From Gemmatimonadales bacterium (GTDB lineage: Bacteria > Gemmatimonadota > Gemmatimonadetes > Gemmatimonadales > GWC2-71-9): DNA of 49,565 nt. Every line of letters begins with the position of its first letter. Positions within the stretch are counted from its first letter, which is position 1. Position numbers and translations under genes: made by a program. Shown in pieces: positions 18,472 to 28,914 of the stretch. The notes under the pieces are model-generated. The model searched no databases. It was not told where the DNA came from and saw nothing but the letters and a program-made list of their open reading frames with translations. The stretch spans positions 1 to 49,565 of the forward strand of contig DATABZ010000336.1 in assembly GCA_036259315.1 (NCBI GenBank), in the 5' to 3' direction.

Positions 18472-20627
18472 GTGCCCCTGAAGTTTCGGATCAGCTCCGC
18501 CAGCTCGCCCGGCCGCCAGACTTCGGTTCCGCGGTGGGCGATCCTGATGCTGCGCCGCCGGCCGGCCACCACAATGTCTTCGCCGGCCGAGAGATAAGGG
18601 GCTAGCTCCGGCAACATTCGCACCAACTCGAAATATGCCCGGCTGTAAGCCGCCACTGCGGTGACCGGGATCCTATCGGGGTGGCCCACGTCAGTCCAGA
18701 CGGCCCCCCTCAACACGAACAGCCGGTCGCCGGCGCGCCGGGTGGTTGGGCCCGAGGCGGGGAGGGGCCCGTCAGGGCTGCCGGCCGCAAGCTCGTCCGC
18801 CGCCTGTAAGTTAGTAGTCTCTACGAACTTGGCGCTCCGCCGGGCGCGGTCGAACGCCGCCGCGCCGGTCTGGCTTCCGGCAGCCTCGAGCCTTGGCATG
18901 GGGACCGGTCGTTCCGCCATGACCCCGGGCTCCTGCACCAGGTACGAGGTGTACTCCGTCAGGATGCCGAAGCGAAGGCCCAGGTCACGGATTTCCTCCA
19001 GGAGGACAGGTGACGCACCTTCGACACGGATGGTGCGCGTCAGGTCCCCAATCCGCCGGGCAGCCCAGAGCCGTGGAATGAACGCATTGTCCTGCCCTGA
19101 GCGCGCGAAGTCCGCGCGGGCTTCCACCCGCTCGCGGACCCCGTCCCGCGTGCCGGTCACCACCAGGCGCCCCGCACCGGCGTCGCGGTAGCGGCCGAAC
19201 ACTACCAGCTCGGCCCCATGGAACAGGTCCGGCAGCTGAGCCGGTTGCATGTCCACCAGCTCGACCGGCGACTCGGCGATGCGCAGGTCCACCAGGGCCG
19301 GATGGCGCAGCTTGCCCAGGACGGCGCCCATCGCGGACTCGACGCTCGCGCCGGGCGGGACGTACTCCACCGTGCCACGGCCTTCGACCGCGAGCCGGTC
19401 GAGGAGGTAGGCGTTCACGTCGTGTCCGATGCCGACCGGGAAGATCCGGGCCCGCCCGATACGCGCCGCGGCCTGACCGGCGATCCGGTCGGGAGCCTGC
19501 TCGCCGACGGACGGCATGCCGTCGCTCAGCAGGATGATCTGCGACAGGCGCTCGGTGCCGCTCGATCCGTCCAGCGCCGCGTCCAGGGCCCCGGCGATGT
19601 TGGTGCCTCCCTCCGCATCCAGTCCTTCGACGAACTCCCGCGCATCGGCGAGGTTGGCGGCCGTTGCGCCGACCGGCTGCTCGCCGAACCGGCGCACCGT
19701 GCCGGAGAAAGCGACGATGCGAAAGCGATCGTCCGGACCCAGCGTGCCGAGCGCATGCTGGAGGGCCGCCTTCGCCTGCTTCAACTTCGTCCCGGACATG
19801 GAGCCGGACACGTCCACCACCAGCGTGAGATCCCGGGGCACCGACCGGTCGCTCCTGGCGGATCCTGGCGCAAGGAGGAGCATGAAGTAGCCGTGTTCCC
19901 CGGCGGGCGCATGGGTCAGGAGCGTGGCGCCCGCGACCGGCCGACGGAGCGGCAGCAGCAGCTCGACGTCTCCCGTCGAGCCGGGTGCGACGGTGATCAC
20001 GAGCCTGCCGCCTTCGGTCCTGTTGTCGATGGTGTGCGTGGGGGAGTAGGGAGGTCCGTACAGCTCGCCACGGGTGACTTCGATGCGCAGCTCGGTGGGG
20101 CTGTCGCCGCCGCGAACACCTAGGGCGTAACGGAGCCGAAGCGCGTCACCCTGGCGGACCATGAGCTGCGTGTACCGCAGCGCGACGCGGCGCGTCTCGC
20201 CCGGCTGGAACGGGAAGATCTGCGCCCGGACCAGGCCGTGACCGGCGAGCGTCAGGAGCGCCGGGTCCTTCTTTCGGCGAACGATGCTCTCGTAGATCTC
20301 CCGTGCCTTCTCCGCGTCCATCGGCTCGCCCCGCAACTCCTCACCGTTGAGCCAGAGGGAGAAATCGTTGAAGGAGGCCTCACCCGCGAGCGGGTACAGG
20401 TAGCTCCCTTCGGCGATGGCGGGGCCCTCGTTGCGGAAGCGCTCCTCGACCTGAACATGCGCCAGCCGATCATCCAGCGAGATGGTTACCCGCGAGTCGA
20501 CCCTGGTGACGGGGCCCGTTGGCGTCTCCGGTGTACGATTCTCGATCTCGACCCAGCCCTGGGCGACGACCGAGTGCAAGGGAATGCAGAGGCAGGTGGC
20601 GAGAGCGAGCGAGGTGGCGCGGCGCAT
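18468..20627 (-). CDS. secreted VIT domain + von Willebrand factor A domain protein
   Basis: Signal peptide MRRATSLALATCLCIPLHSVVAQG. VIT-like region (RVTISLDDRLAHVQVEERFRNEG...YLYPL...FSLWLNGEEL). vWA MIDAS motif VVDVSGSMSG plus ILLSDG. 4-bp overlap with the sigma gene. Confidence 0.85.
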   Translation of the reverse strand: MRRATSLALATCLCIPLHSVVAQGWVEIENRTPETPTGPVTRVDSRVTISLDDRLAHVQVEERFRNEGPAIAEGSYLYPLAGEASFNDFSLWLNGEELRGEPMDAEKAREIYESIVRRKKDPALLTLAGHGLVRAQIFPFQPGETRRVALRYTQLMVRQGDALRLRYALGVRGGDSPTELRIEVTRGELYGPPYSPTHTIDNRTEGGRLVITVAPGSTGDVELLLPLRRPVAGATLLTHAPAGEHGYFMLLLAPGSARSDRSVPRDLTLVVDVSGSMSGTKLKQAKAALQHALGTLGPDDRFRIVAFSGTVRRFGEQPVGATAANLADAREFVEGLDAEGGTNIAGALDAALDGSSGTERLSQIILLSDGMPSVGEQAPDRIAGQAAARIGRARIFPVGIGHDVNAYLLDRLAVEGRGTVEYVPPGASVESAMGAVLGKLRHPALVDLRIAESPVELVDMQPAQLPDLFHGAELVVFGRYRDAGAGRLVVTGTRDGVRERVEARADFARSGQDNAFIPRLWAARRIGDLTRTIRVEGASPVLLEEIRDLGLRFGILTEYTSYLVQEPGVMAERPVPMPRLEAAGSQTGAAAFDRARRSAKFVETTNLQAADELAAGSPDGPLPASGPTTRRAGDRLFVLRGAVWTDVGHPDRIPVTAVAAYSRAYFELVRMLPELAPYLSAGEDIVVAGRRRSIRIAHRGTEVWRPGELAELIRNFRGT

Positions 20628-20800
20628 CGAGACGCTCCGGATTCAGGATCCGGGGAGATGCGCCGGTCGGAGGAACTTGCACGGCGGCACACTCCTCGCA
20701 GCGCTCCTCGAGTTCTGCGCGGGGGAGTGTGACGCGGCTCACGCAAGCGCTATTGGCGCTTGCCTCGCGAGGCGGAACTTACGAGGTTGAGCACCGAGCG

Positions 20801-22912
20801 ATGGAACACACTGCATTGAAAGCCGAGCTGCCCCTCAGCCCGGACCGGATCGAGTTCCTGGAGGAGACCGGTCGCGCGCTCGGCCGGGCCATCGAGCTCA
20901 CGGCCGTTGCGAAGGTCGCACTGGAGGCGCTGGTCCCGTCGGTGGCCGACATGGCCGTTCTGGTGGTGAGCCAGCGCGAAGGACCGCCGCACGTCGCCGT
21001 CACCCACGCTCGTCCGAACTCGACCCTGCTCCTCGAGCGCGAGGTCCGCGAGGCCCTCGACGCGATCCTCTCATCGGCGGCCCGGAATGCGCAGGAAGGT
21101 CGCCATAGCCACTGGATCCCCAATCTCTCGGACGAGACCGCCCGGTTCCTGACCCGGGAGGACCCGCGGCTCCACTCGCTGATCGAGACGGCGGGCCTGC
21201 ACTCGCTGATCGTCGTCTCACTCCGCTCGGGCGGCCGAACGATCGGGGGGCTGGCGCTCGGCCGCGCCGAGACGCCCACGCCGTTTCACAGCGCCGATTT
21301 CGCTACCGTGCAGGTGCTCGCTCGCCGCATCTCGCTCGCCATCGATTCCGCAATGCTCCAGGAGCACCTGCAGCAGCATCTGAACCGGGCTCCTGCGGTC
21401 GCCGAAGCGCTCGATAAATGGGTGAGAGTCTTCGACGTGGCCTGGTGGGGTGCCGCGATCGTGGATGGTGTGGATCACCGGATCGAGGCCGTCAATCCCG
21501 CCTTTGCCCGCCTGCACGGTCACGCGGAGCCGGACACGCTGGTAGGCCGGCCGTTCGCCGAGCTCGTGCCGACCGACCGCACCGGCGAGATCCAGCAATG
21601 GAAGTTGGGCTCCGAGGGGCTGGTGTACGAGTCGGAGCACCGACGGAGCGACGGGAGCGTGGTTCCCGTGCTGGTGAGCGTCACTCCGCTGTACGATGAC
21701 CGGCGGCCCGGCTCGTACGTGGTCACGGTGCAGGACCTCAGCGATCTCAAGCGCGCCGAGGAGCGGCTTCGCCGGGCGCAGAGGATGGAAGCCGTCGGGC
21801 GACTCGCCGGCGGGGTGGCTCACGAAGTGAACAACATGATGACCATCATCCTGGGCTTCAGCGACCTGCTGAGCCAGGAGGGAGCCGCCGAAGGGCAGCA
21901 GCGGGAGGTGGAGGAGATCAGAAAAGCGGCGCTGCGCGCCGGGAAGATCACGTCCCAGCTCCTCGCCTTCAGCCGGCAGCAGGTGCTTCAGCCCAGCGAC
22001 CTGCGCCTGAACGCGGTAGTGGAGGAGATGGCGGCGGTCCTCCGCCTCATGCTGCCTGCCAACGTCCGCGTGGAAACCGCGTTGTCACCGCTCGATACGG
22101 TGGTGCGGGTCGATCGCTCCCAGATCGAGCAGGTGCTGATCAACCTCGCCTTCAACGCCCGCGATGCGATGGTGTCGGGAGGAACCATCCGCCTCGTGAC
22201 GGAATCCCGCCGGCTCGACGAAGACGCCGGCCGCCGCCTGATCGGCATCCCGATCCCTCCGGGCTCCTACGGGCTCATCTCCGTCATCGATACCGGTCAC
22301 GGCATGGACGCCGCAACCCTCGCCCACGTGTTCGAGCCCTTCTTCACTACCAAGCCGGTCGGGTCCGGCACCCGCCTCGGGCTCTCCACCGTCTACGGGA
22401 TCGTCAAGCAGAGCGGCGGCTACGTCTGGGCGGAGAGCACGCCCGGTCAGGGGACCACGTTCACCATCTGCCTTCCCGAGGTGAGCGGTGCGGCCGGGGA
22501 GCGTCCCGCCGTCCCTCAGGCCATACCGGAGCCCCGCGCGAGCGGCGAGACGGTGCTGGTCCTGGAGGACGAGGACGGCGTCAGAGAGCTCACGGCCCGG
22601 GTGCTTCGCGACCGCGGGTATGAAGTGGTGCCGGCCCGCAACGGCAGCGAAGCCCTCGCCAAACTGCGCGAAGGCACCGGCACCCACGACCTCCTGCTGA
22701 CCGACGTCATCGTTCCGGATATGGGCACCGAGCAGCTCGAGTGGGAGGTCCATCGGATTCTGCCCGGCCTGCCTATCCTTTATATGTCGGGGTATCCGAA
22801 GGACGACATCCTGGCCCGGGGACTGTTGCGGGCCGACCAGCCGTTCCTTCAGAAACCGTTTACCGGCGAGGACTTGGCTGCCGAAGTCGGGCGCATGATC
22901 CAGCGGGCCTGA
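20801..22912 (+). CDS. hybrid sensor histidine kinase/response regulator (GAF-like, PAS, HisKA, HATPase_c, REC), cytoplasmic
   Basis: Start set at MEHTALKAEL (ATG 20801); upstream ORF residues are an Arg/Ser-rich artefact. H-box GVAHEVNNMMTII; DTGHGMD and GLSTVYG; REC VLVLEDEDGVRE...LLLTDVIVPDMG...QKP. No TM segments seen. Confidence 0.85.
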   Translation: MEHTALKAELPLSPDRIEFLEETGRALGRAIELTAVAKVALEALVPSVADMAVLVVSQREGPPHVAVTHARPNSTLLLEREVREALDAILSSAARNAQEGRHSHWIPNLSDETARFLTREDPRLHSLIETAGLHSLIVVSLRSGGRTIGGLALGRAETPTPFHSADFATVQVLARRISLAIDSAMLQEHLQQHLNRAPAVAEALDKWVRVFDVAWWGAAIVDGVDHRIEAVNPAFARLHGHAEPDTLVGRPFAELVPTDRTGEIQQWKLGSEGLVYESEHRRSDGSVVPVLVSVTPLYDDRRPGSYVVTVQDLSDLKRAEERLRRAQRMEAVGRLAGGVAHEVNNMMTIILGFSDLLSQEGAAEGQQREVEEIRKAALRAGKITSQLLAFSRQQVLQPSDLRLNAVVEEMAAVLRLMLPANVRVETALSPLDTVVRVDRSQIEQVLINLAFNARDAMVSGGTIRLVTESRRLDEDAGRRLIGIPIPPGSYGLISVIDTGHGMDAATLAHVFEPFFTTKPVGSGTRLGLSTVYGIVKQSGGYVWAESTPGQGTTFTICLPEVSGAAGERPAVPQAIPEPRASGETVLVLEDEDGVRELTARVLRDRGYEVVPARNGSEALAKLREGTGTHDLLLTDVIVPDMGTEQLEWEVHRILPGLPILYMSGYPKDDILARGLLRADQPFLQKPFTGEDLAAEVGRMIQRA

Positions 22913-24112
<1,200 letters not shown>

Positions 24113-24113
24113 T

Positions 24114-25307
24114 ATGCCGATCTACCACACGATGGGCCAGATCCCCCGGAAGCGTCACATCGCCTTCCGAAAGCCCGACGGAGGGATCTACGCCGAGGAG
24201 CTGATGGGGCACGAGGGGTTCACGGGGACCGCCTCGCTGCTCTATCACATCTACCCGCCGACTACCGTGAAGTCGGCGCGGCGGCTCAGGGAAACGAAGT
24301 ACGAAGCCGACCCCGACCAGACGCTGCGGCACCGCCACTTCCGCACCTCGCAGGTGAAGAAGGGCGGCAGTCCCACCCTCGACCGCGTCCCGCTCCTGTT
24401 CAACAACGAGGTGGCGATGCTCTACGTCGAGCCGGACGAGAACGACGCCCACTTCTACCGCAATGCCCAGTCGGACGAGCTGGTGTACGTGAGCAAGGGC
24501 AGCGGCACGCTGGAGACCGTTTTCGGCGACCTGCCGTTCCACGAGGGCGATTATCTCATCATCCATCGCGGCATCCTCCACCGCTGGCGGCTCGACCTGG
24601 CCGGCGAGCCGACCAAGCTGCTGGTCATGGAGAGCCGCGGGCACGTACGCTGGCCGAAGCGCTACCGCAACGAGTTCGGGCAGCTGATCGAAGGTGCGCC
24701 ATACAGCGAGCGCGACATCCGTCGGCCCACCGCGCTCCGCACCCACGACGAGAAGGGCGACTTCCCGATCCTGGTGAAGCAGTACGAGGGGCTCAACGAG
24801 ATCATCCTCGACCACCACCCCTTCGATGTCGTGGGTTGGGACGGATACTTCTATCCCTGGGCATTCAACATCCACGACTTCGAGCCGATCGTGGGCCGGG
24901 TGCACCAACCGCCACCGGTGCATCAGACCTTCCAGGGAGACGGGTTCGTCGTCTGCAGCTTCTGCCCGCGGCCCTACGATTTCCATCCCGAGGCCGTGCC
25001 CGCTCCGTACAACCACAGCAACGTGGACTCGGACGAGGTGCTCTACTACGCCTCCAGCGAGTTCATGAGCCGAAAGGGCATCGAGTTCGGGAGCATCACC
25101 CACCATCCCGACGGGATCCCCCACGGCCCGCACCCAGGGCGCGCCGAGGCGAGCATCGGAGCCAAGTACACGGAGGAGCTGGCGGTGATGATGGATACCT
25201 TCCGCCCGCTCAAGGTGGCGAAGCCGGCGCTGGCGATCGAGGATCCCGAGTATCACAGGTCGTGGCTGGACGCGCAGCACGCGCAGTTCAACCCGCCCAC
25301 GACATGA
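24114..25307 (+). CDS. hmgA: homogentisate 1,2-dioxygenase (short bacterial form)
   Basis: 397 aa, 1 nt after the hppD stop. Cupin-type core; [25 protein letters not shown] and [16 protein letters not shown]...[12 protein letters not shown] match the HGD family as I recall it. Confidence 0.8.
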   Translation: MPIYHTMGQIPRKRHIAFRKPDGGIYAEELMGHEGFTGTASLLYHIYPPTTVKSARRLRETKYEADPDQTLRHRHFRTSQVKKGGSPTLDRVPLLFNNEVAMLYVEPDENDAHFYRNAQSDELVYVSKGSGTLETVFGDLPFHEGDYLIIHRGILHRWRLDLAGEPTKLLVMESRGHVRWPKRYRNEFGQLIEGAPYSERDIRRPTALRTHDEKGDFPILVKQYEGLNEIILDHHPFDVVGWDGYFYPWAFNIHDFEPIVGRVHQPPPVHQTFQGDGFVVCSFCPRPYDFHPEAVPAPYNHSNVDSDEVLYYASSEFMSRKGIEFGSITHHPDGIPHGPHPGRAEASIGAKYTEELAVMMDTFRPLKVAKPALAIEDPEYHRSWLDAQHAQFNPPTT

Positions 25308-25329
25308 CCGGACCGGTGCTCGGGGACGC

Positions 25330-27318
25330 TTGAGCGAGCCGATCTGGCGCCCAAGCGCCGAGAGGGTTCGGCGCTCCAACATGACCGCCTTTCTCCAGCG
25401 GGTCCGCGACCGGCGGCCCGCGGGAGCGGAGGCGGTCGTCGATTTTGCCTCTCTGTACCAGTGGTCCGTCGCTCGGCCCGAGGCGTTCTGGCCGGAGGTG
25501 TGGGACTTCTGCGGTGTCGTGGCCGAGGAGCGTCCGGGCCGGAAGCCGTGGGACGAGGTGGCGGTGGGGCTCGAACGGATGGCACCACCCGATCCGGCGC
25601 TCGGCCCACGCTGGTTCCCCGGAGCCAGGCTCAACTTCGCCGAGAACCTGCTGCGCTTCGGGGACGACCGTGAGGCGCTGGTCTTCTGGAACGAAGCGGG
25701 CCGGCAGCGTGGCCTCACCTTTCGCGAGCTGAACGAAGCCGTCGCGGGGGCCGCCGCGGCGCTCCGCGAACACGGCATCCGTCCGGGTGACCGGATCGCG
25801 GGCTTCCTGCCGAACATGCCGGAAACCGTGGTCGCGATGCTGGCTGCCGCGAGCCTCGGGGCGATCTGGTCGTCCTGCTCACCGGACTTCGGCGCCAACG
25901 GCGTGCTCGACCGGTTCGGCCAGATCGAGCCGCGCGTGCTGGTCTGCGCGGACGGGTACCGCTATGCGGGCAAGGCGATCGACTCGCTGCCGCGGATCCG
26001 TGAGGTGCGGGAGCGCCTCCCCGGAATCGAGCAAGTGGTCGTGGTGCCGTATCTCGCGGAGCGGCCGGATCTGGCGGGGATTCCGGGGGCGGTGCTGTGG
26101 GGGGATTGGGCGGTCCGCCTGTCCGCCCCTCTACGGTTCCGCCGTCTCCCGTTCGATCATCCGCTGTACATCATGTACTCCTCCGGAACCACCGGCCTTC
26201 CCAAGTGCATGGTCCACGGGGCAGGGGGGACGCTCCTCCAGCATCTGAAGGAGTTGGTCCTGCACACCGACCTCACCCGCGAGGACCGGATTTTCTACTT
26301 CACCACGTGCGGATGGATGATGTGGAACTGGCTGGTCTCGAGCCTGGCGCTGGGGGCCACGGTGGTGCTGTTCGACGGTGCTCCCCTGACGCCCCCCGCC
26401 GTGCTCTGGGACCTTATCGAGCGCGAGCGGATCACCGTTTTCGGCACCAGCGCCAAGTATCTCGCGCTCGCCGAGAAGGAGGGGCTCCGCCCGGGCCGAA
26501 CCCACGACGTGTCGGCGCTCCGCGCCATCCTCTCCACGGGCAGCCCCCTCGCGCCCTCCGGTTTCGACTACGTCTACCGCGACATCAAGACCGATGTCCA
26601 TCTGGCGAGCATCAGCGGAGGGACGGACATCATCTCGTGCTTCGCGCTGGGCAATCCGGTCGCACCTGTGTGGCGCGGCGAGCTCCAGACTCGAGGTCTC
26701 GGCATGGCGGTGGACGTCTTCGACGAGACGGGTCGTCCGGTCCGGGGGCGCGACGGAGAGCTGGTCTGCAGCCGCCCGTTCCCCAGCATGCCGGTGGCCT
26801 TCTGGAACGATCCCGAAGGCGCCAAGTACCGCTCGGCCTACTTCGAGCATTTTCCAGGAGTCTGGCGGCACGGCGACTGGGCCCGGCTGACGGAGCATGA
26901 CGGATTGGTGATCACCGGAAGGAGCGACGCCACGCTCAATCCAGGCGGTGTGCGCATCGGAACCGCGGAGATCTACCGCCAGGTCGAGCAGCTTCCGGAG
27001 GTGATGGAGAGCCTGGTCGTGGGTCAGGAGTGGGAGGGGGATGTCCGGATCGTGCTGTTCGTCCGGCTCCGCCCCGGGGTCGATCTCGACGACACCCTCC
27101 GGGACCGGATCCGGCGCCGGATTCGGGAACATGCGAGCCCGCACCACGTCCCCAGGCGCATCGTCGCCGTGGCCGACATCCCCCGCACCATCAGCGGCAA
27201 GATCACCGAGCTGGCCGTGCGCGAGGTCATTCACGGCCGGCCGGTGACGAACACCGAAGCCTTGGCCAATCCGGGGGCGCTCGAGCTGTTTCGGGGCCTT
27301 CCGGAACTGAGTGCCTGA
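25330..27318 (+). CDS. acetoacetate-CoA ligase (acetoacetyl-CoA synthetase)
   Basis: 662 aa, TTG start. N-terminus [20 protein letters not shown]...[22 protein letters not shown] is typical of AacS. AMP-binding motif [17 protein letters not shown]; C-terminal [10 protein letters not shown]. Confidence 0.85.
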   Translation: MSEPIWRPSAERVRRSNMTAFLQRVRDRRPAGAEAVVDFASLYQWSVARPEAFWPEVWDFCGVVAEERPGRKPWDEVAVGLERMAPPDPALGPRWFPGARLNFAENLLRFGDDREALVFWNEAGRQRGLTFRELNEAVAGAAAALREHGIRPGDRIAGFLPNMPETVVAMLAAASLGAIWSSCSPDFGANGVLDRFGQIEPRVLVCADGYRYAGKAIDSLPRIREVRERLPGIEQVVVVPYLAERPDLAGIPGAVLWGDWAVRLSAPLRFRRLPFDHPLYIMYSSGTTGLPKCMVHGAGGTLLQHLKELVLHTDLTREDRIFYFTTCGWMMWNWLVSSLALGATVVLFDGAPLTPPAVLWDLIERERITVFGTSAKYLALAEKEGLRPGRTHDVSALRAILSTGSPLAPSGFDYVYRDIKTDVHLASISGGTDIISCFALGNPVAPVWRGELQTRGLGMAVDVFDETGRPVRGRDGELVCSRPFPSMPVAFWNDPEGAKYRSAYFEHFPGVWRHGDWARLTEHDGLVITGRSDATLNPGGVRIGTAEIYRQVEQLPEVMESLVVGQEWEGDVRIVLFVRLRPGVDLDDTLRDRIRRRIREHASPHHVPRRIVAVADIPRTISGKITELAVREVIHGRPVTNTEALANPGALELFRGLPELSA

Positions 27319-27520
27319 CGTCATCGAATTGACACGATCCCTTCGGGTCCGTTCCGGGTGGGAATCTCCCGGAGTGTGATCTGTGACCTAGTCGGGCGCC
27401 CCACACGGCCTTAGCTTGGGGCCCACGAAACGAATCCGATACCCGTGGCCCGCGTTCACCGAATCGGGCGAATGTGCACCTGGAGCGGGCATGACTACGA
27501 CGACTCAGGGGAATAACGCT

Positions 27521-28162
27521 ATGAAGACGCTTTGGATCCTGGCCGCCGCCGGCACCATCACGGCGTGCGCCGGTCGCAGCGACGAAGAGGTCGGCGCGGC
27601 CCCCGATCGTGGGGACACTACCGCGGTGACCACCGAGGTGGATACCGCCACCGGCCAGTGGGACACCACCGGCGCCACCGGGGATGTCAACGCTCAGCCG
27701 AGCGACACCGGCTTCGCGCCGACCACTCCGGACACCAGTGTCGGCCAGTATCCCGACACGGGGATGGACACCACTGGTTACGGGACCGGGGTGGATACCT
27801 CCGGCTACGGTACCGGTGCGGATACCTCCGGCTACGGCACGGGGGCTGATACTTCCGGTTACGGCACCGGGGCCGACACCTCCGGCTACGGAACCGGCGT
27901 AGATACGTCCGGCTACGGGACCGGCGCGGACACGTCCGGCTACGGCACCGGCGCCGACACCACCGGCACCGGCTACGAGAGCGGCATGGGGACCGACACG
28001 ACCATGACGACGCCGGACACGGGCGGGTACGCTCCCGGCACCGGCACGGACACCGGCGCCGACACCTCGGGCATGGACAGCGGTATGGGCACCGACACCA
28101 CCACGAGCACCTCGGAGCCCAGCGTTCCGGCTGACCCGGGCGCCACCGCGCCCAACCAGTAA
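27521..28162 (+). CDS. lipoprotein with Thr/Gly/Asp-rich tandem nonapeptide repeats, unknown function
   Basis: MKTLWILAAAGTITAC has a lipobox (ITAC). The rest is low complexity with DTSGYGTG(A/V) repeats and no recognisable domain. Start moved to ATG 27521 within ORF 27416..28162. Confidence 0.65.
   Translation: MKTLWILAAAGTITACAGRSDEEVGAAPDRGDTTAVTTEVDTATGQWDTTGATGDVNAQPSDTGFAPTTPDTSVGQYPDTGMDTTGYGTGVDTSGYGTGADTSGYGTGADTSGYGTGADTSGYGTGVDTSGYGTGADTSGYGTGADTTGTGYESGMGTDTTMTTPDTGGYAPGTGTDTGADTSGMDSGMGTDTTTSTSEPSVPADPGATAPNQ
27764..27979 (+). repeat. 27-bp in-frame tandem repeat, 8 units (6 core DTSGYGTG[A/V] + 2 degenerate flanking units)
   Basis: Unit boundaries at 27764, 27791, 27818, 27845, 27872, 27899, 27926 and 27953. 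Units differ mostly at synonymous third positions. Confidence 0.9.
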
Positions 28163-28186
28163 GCAGGCAGGCTGACCTCAGGACAG

Positions 28187-28217
28187 GGCCCCGGGTGTTT
28201 TCCCCGGGGCCTTTGTT
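28187..28217 (+). terminator. candidate rho-independent terminator
   Basis: GGCCCCGGG (28187-28195), loop TGTTTTC, CCCGGGGCC (28203-28211), then TTTGTTC. Lies 25 nt after the lipoprotein stop. Confidence 0.5.
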
Positions 28218-28264
28218 CTGCCCGTGAATGGCGCGGCCTCCTGGCGGCGGCTAGAATAGCCGCC

Positions 28265-28780
28265 ATGCCCTCCGTCTCCGTCACCCGCACATACCTGGAG
28301 ATGCTGTCGCCGGCGGATCTGCGAGCCGCCCGTGAGCCGACCGATGCGCCAGCCCTGCAGCGGATCGAGCACTGCCCGGTTTCCTTCTTCCGCTACCTGT
28401 ACACGGAGGTAGGCAGGGCATACCACTGGACCGACCGTCTGGCCTGGACCGACGATCAGGTGAGGGCTCACCTGGCCGATCCGAGCGTCGCCCTGTGGCT
28501 GGTGTCGTCCCAGGCGGCGCCGGCCGGCTACTTCGAGCTCCGGCGGCACCAGGACCGCTCGGTGGAAGTGGCGTACTTCGGACTGTTGCCGGAGTTCGTC
28601 GGACGGGGATGGGGCGGGCACCTGCTCACCCTTGCGGTGCGTACGGCCTGGGACCTGGAGCCCGACCGGGTCTGGCTCCACACCTGCACCCTCGATCACC
28701 CGGCTGCGCTGCCCAACTACCTCAAGCGCGGGTTCAGGCCCGTGCGCGAGGAGGTCTACACGGCCGAGCTGCCCGTGTGA
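28265..28780 (+). CDS. GNAT family N-acetyltransferase
   Basis: 171 aa; acetyl-CoA binding-type motif LLPEFVGRGWGGHLLTLAV and C-terminal ALPNYLKRGFRP. Confidence 0.75.
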   Translation: MPSVSVTRTYLEMLSPADLRAAREPTDAPALQRIEHCPVSFFRYLYTEVGRAYHWTDRLAWTDDQVRAHLADPSVALWLVSSQAAPAGYFELRRHQDRSVEVAYFGLLPEFVGRGWGGHLLTLAVRTAWDLEPDRVWLHTCTLDHPAALPNYLKRGFRPVREEVYTAELPV

Positions 28781-28914
28781 GCCGCATCACCGGTTCTTTC
28801 CACCCTGCGTGACGCACATCGCGGCGCCATCTCCTCGTAACACCCATACATCAGTAGTACTGAACCGAAACCAAACCGGCCGATCGTGGCGGCCGGCCAC
28901 ACGGCTGAGGCCTC

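Noticed and set aside
27319-27520. TTGACA at about 27329 and the TGACGTCA palindrome right after the aacS stop, as promoter or operator for the repeat lipoprotein
   Set aside because: No matching -10 element occurs at suitable spacing, and promoter consensus for this lineage is unknown to me. This is too weak to call.
27764-27979. The 27-bp tandem repeat array as a possible CRISPR or non-coding satellite
   Set aside because: The units are directly adjacent without spacers. They are in frame within an ORF that has a lipoprotein signal, and their variation is mainly synonymous, so this is a coding repeat.
28781-28914. Search for a small pqqA-like ORF (Glu-x3-Tyr peptide) or mxaI-like small subunit in the leaders of both xoxF genes (also 38641..38763)
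   Set aside because: Only trivial ORFs are present (for example ATG-TGA at 38644 and a 6-codon ORF at 38699). There is no E-x-x-x-Y peptide. The absence of mxaI is expected for XoxF-type enzymes.
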